The position numbers were made by a program, and so were the translations under genes. Positions 62,124-64,000 of a stretch of DNA of 64,000 nt are shown piece after piece (positions within the stretch are counted from its first letter, which is position 1; each line of letters opens with the position of its first letter). The notes below the pieces were generated by a model. The model was not told the origin of the DNA, searched no databases, and saw nothing but the letters and a program-made list of their open reading frames with translations. The DNA is from Callorhinchus milii. Its lineage: Eukaryota. The stretch spans positions 7,688,001 to 7,752,000 of the forward strand of contig NW_024704762.1 of NCBI RefSeq assembly GCF_018977255.1, read 5' to 3'.

Positions 62124-62431
62124 GCAAGCTGTTGGATCCTCTGGATAGCAGTCTCTGGGGTAGCAACGAGGAGCCTGAGAGCTCAGAGATCGACAGCACG
62201 GACTCCTCTCAGAGCGAGTCGGACGCAGCGGGAGAAGCAGACACCTGGCAGCTCTCGGCAGCCGGTTTCCGGGAATCTGTCAGTCCCGCGGGGATGGGTG
62301 ATGAGCCGCAGGAGGGAGGGGTCGCCGTACCTTCTCCCGGAAGGGCCTCGCGTCTCAGGAGGGGTGTTGGACTGGCCAGGGTTTGCTGCAAGTGGGGGTG
62401 TTCCAGAAGAGATCTCACACGACTTTGTTAA
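62124..62431 (+). CDS. INSL3: Insulin/relaxin-family prepropeptide, exon 2 (C peptide, A chain)
   Basis: Acceptor ttgcgttgcAG at 62123 is phase-compatible (165 aa total); RLRR convertase site, then GVGLARVCCKWGCSRRDLTRLC* (CC-x3-C-x8-C). Confidence 0.85.
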
Positions 62432-64000
62432 TGGATAGGATGGGGATGAGGGATTTGTGGGCAGCTGCTCTTAGAATCCACTGCAATATAACCAGACAAT
62501 TTATTTTTGGGAGGCCGAGGCGTTGCTCAAATCAAAGACAATTTGAACATCGTTCCGCGAGCCACCTTCCTTTCCCCCTTCACCCCTGCCCTCCCCGTCC
62601 ATCCAAATTCTTGGAAGCAATGATATAATTACCATCACTGCTATTTATAGAAAAAATGTAGAGGCAGAGCCATAGCCTTTCCAGTAGGGTCACTAGTTAA
62701 CTATCAGGTGTGGGTGACTTGTTTGCCACACTCCTCTCTGGTTCTGAAGCCAATTGTTGCCTCACCTGCTCCCAACCATCAACCCCAACCCGATTCTTTC
62801 TCTAACAAAAAACATCCTGTGTACCATTTCACAAGGAGCAATGAATGGGGTGGTAGTGGGGGGGAGGGGGAAGAAACGCTGCAATTGAATGTTTAGCGAT
62901 TCAGAAACTGGAGGCAAAGTCAGATGGCGAAATTTGACTTTTGGTAGACAAAGAATTCTTCACTTTATTCCATGAAATATATCATTTGTCTGCTTCCAAT
63001 TACTGCGCTAGGGTTTTGTAGGGATATTCGCAATTTTACAGCCTGTCCCTAAACATTTTGTGTGATAACTGAAGAGGAAAATAATAATTAATAATAATAA
63101 TAATCCTTGCCTTTGACATAGCGTCTTATGTTGTTAAACCGTCTCAAAGCGCTTCACAGGATTTGACTGTGAAATGCAGTGACTGCAAATGTAAGCTTAG
63201 AAGCAAATGTTTTGGACGCCAAAGGAACATGAAATTAAATTATAAACAACCTTTACTGGATTCATTAGCAACCCAGATATATTTAAATATGTTATATTAA
63301 TTTATTTCACCGCATACTAAAATAGAGCTAATTGGTGCATGTTTTGAAAAGTGCCTTTGGTGTATGGGTTAAAGCTTCATCATATTTATAGACTGTGGTT
63401 TTTTTTGTGTGTGTGCGTAATTTTGTGAGAGATCCTCATAAATTCTCTTGAGCATGGGAAAAGGGGAGTGGGGGAAAGAGAGAAAAGAGTCCGTGAATTC
63501 ACTGAATGTTTCTCGTATGAATTCCTCAAATCTGTTACTTTCCTGACATTTAATCCCTTCCCTAATCTCGCGCTCCAGTGTTTTTGTGGTTGGATTTTGG
63601 ATAGTTAAAATAAGACCTCTTTATCCCCTTTAAACATCCACAAACCCCTTCCCCTTTCCCCCTTTCCTACAAAGCCCAGCACTTTTCACCTCTACTGAGA
63701 GTGTGAGTGATTGAGCCCCCATCTTACCCCGCGGTGTGTGGGGGAAGAAAAAGCTCCATTGCTGTTGTGCATTGGAGCTTTATTTTTACACAGCACCTGT
63801 GCACTATTGAAATGCACCCAATTTTTTTTAACCAGAGGGTGGGAGGGAGAAGAAGGAGTGAAGTCACATACACACACAGGCTGTTGCTCAGAAATGACGC
63901 AGCTTTTGATCGAGAAGAACTGCGCTTATGATTTTTAAAAAGTCAATTTGCTTTAAGAACCTTCCTTTACAACATGGTTCTCTCATCGACTGACTCCATC

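Noticed and set aside
1-64000. CRISPR array or prokaryotic defence/operon system
   Set aside because: The sequence is eukaryotic (spliced genes, SINE/LINE); the recurrent motifs are irregularly spaced retroposon ends, not repeat-spacer arrays.

Overview
Vertebrate genomic DNA, repeat-rich, with six N-gaps. The repeat landscape (tRNA-Ala-derived SINE with (TTA)n tail, Deu-domain SINEs, L2 and CR1 LINEs) suggests a cartilaginous fish, probably a chimaera (inference). Genes: a B3GNT3-like beta-1,3-GlcNAc-transferase cluster and a two-exon insulin/relaxin-family gene. The cluster has two intact identical-protein copies (25878-27011, 49628-50761) and one diverged paralog with a single nonsense codon (37007-38113). 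The relaxin-family gene (60178-62431) is probably INSL3, by B3GNT3 synteny and SF-1 promoter sites. There is also an orphan signal-anchor exon on the minus strand (5010-5139). Roughly 16.5-56.8 kb is a recent tandem segmental duplication (X-Y-X-Y'-X) with breakpoints inside L2 elements, and the two units differ by three discrete events. First, unit 1 carries a full 7-kb LTR provirus where unit 2 has a recombinant solo LTR at the same ATAC target site. Second, a SINE insertion in unit 1 deleted about 140 bp. Third, a microhomology-bounded 2-kb deletion in unit 2 removed the second B3GNT paralog. The provirus has foamy/lokiretrovirus-like RT, RNase H and coiled-coil Gag features plus an env-like remnant, and is the most novel-looking element. 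All comparisons were made by eye; no searches were run.
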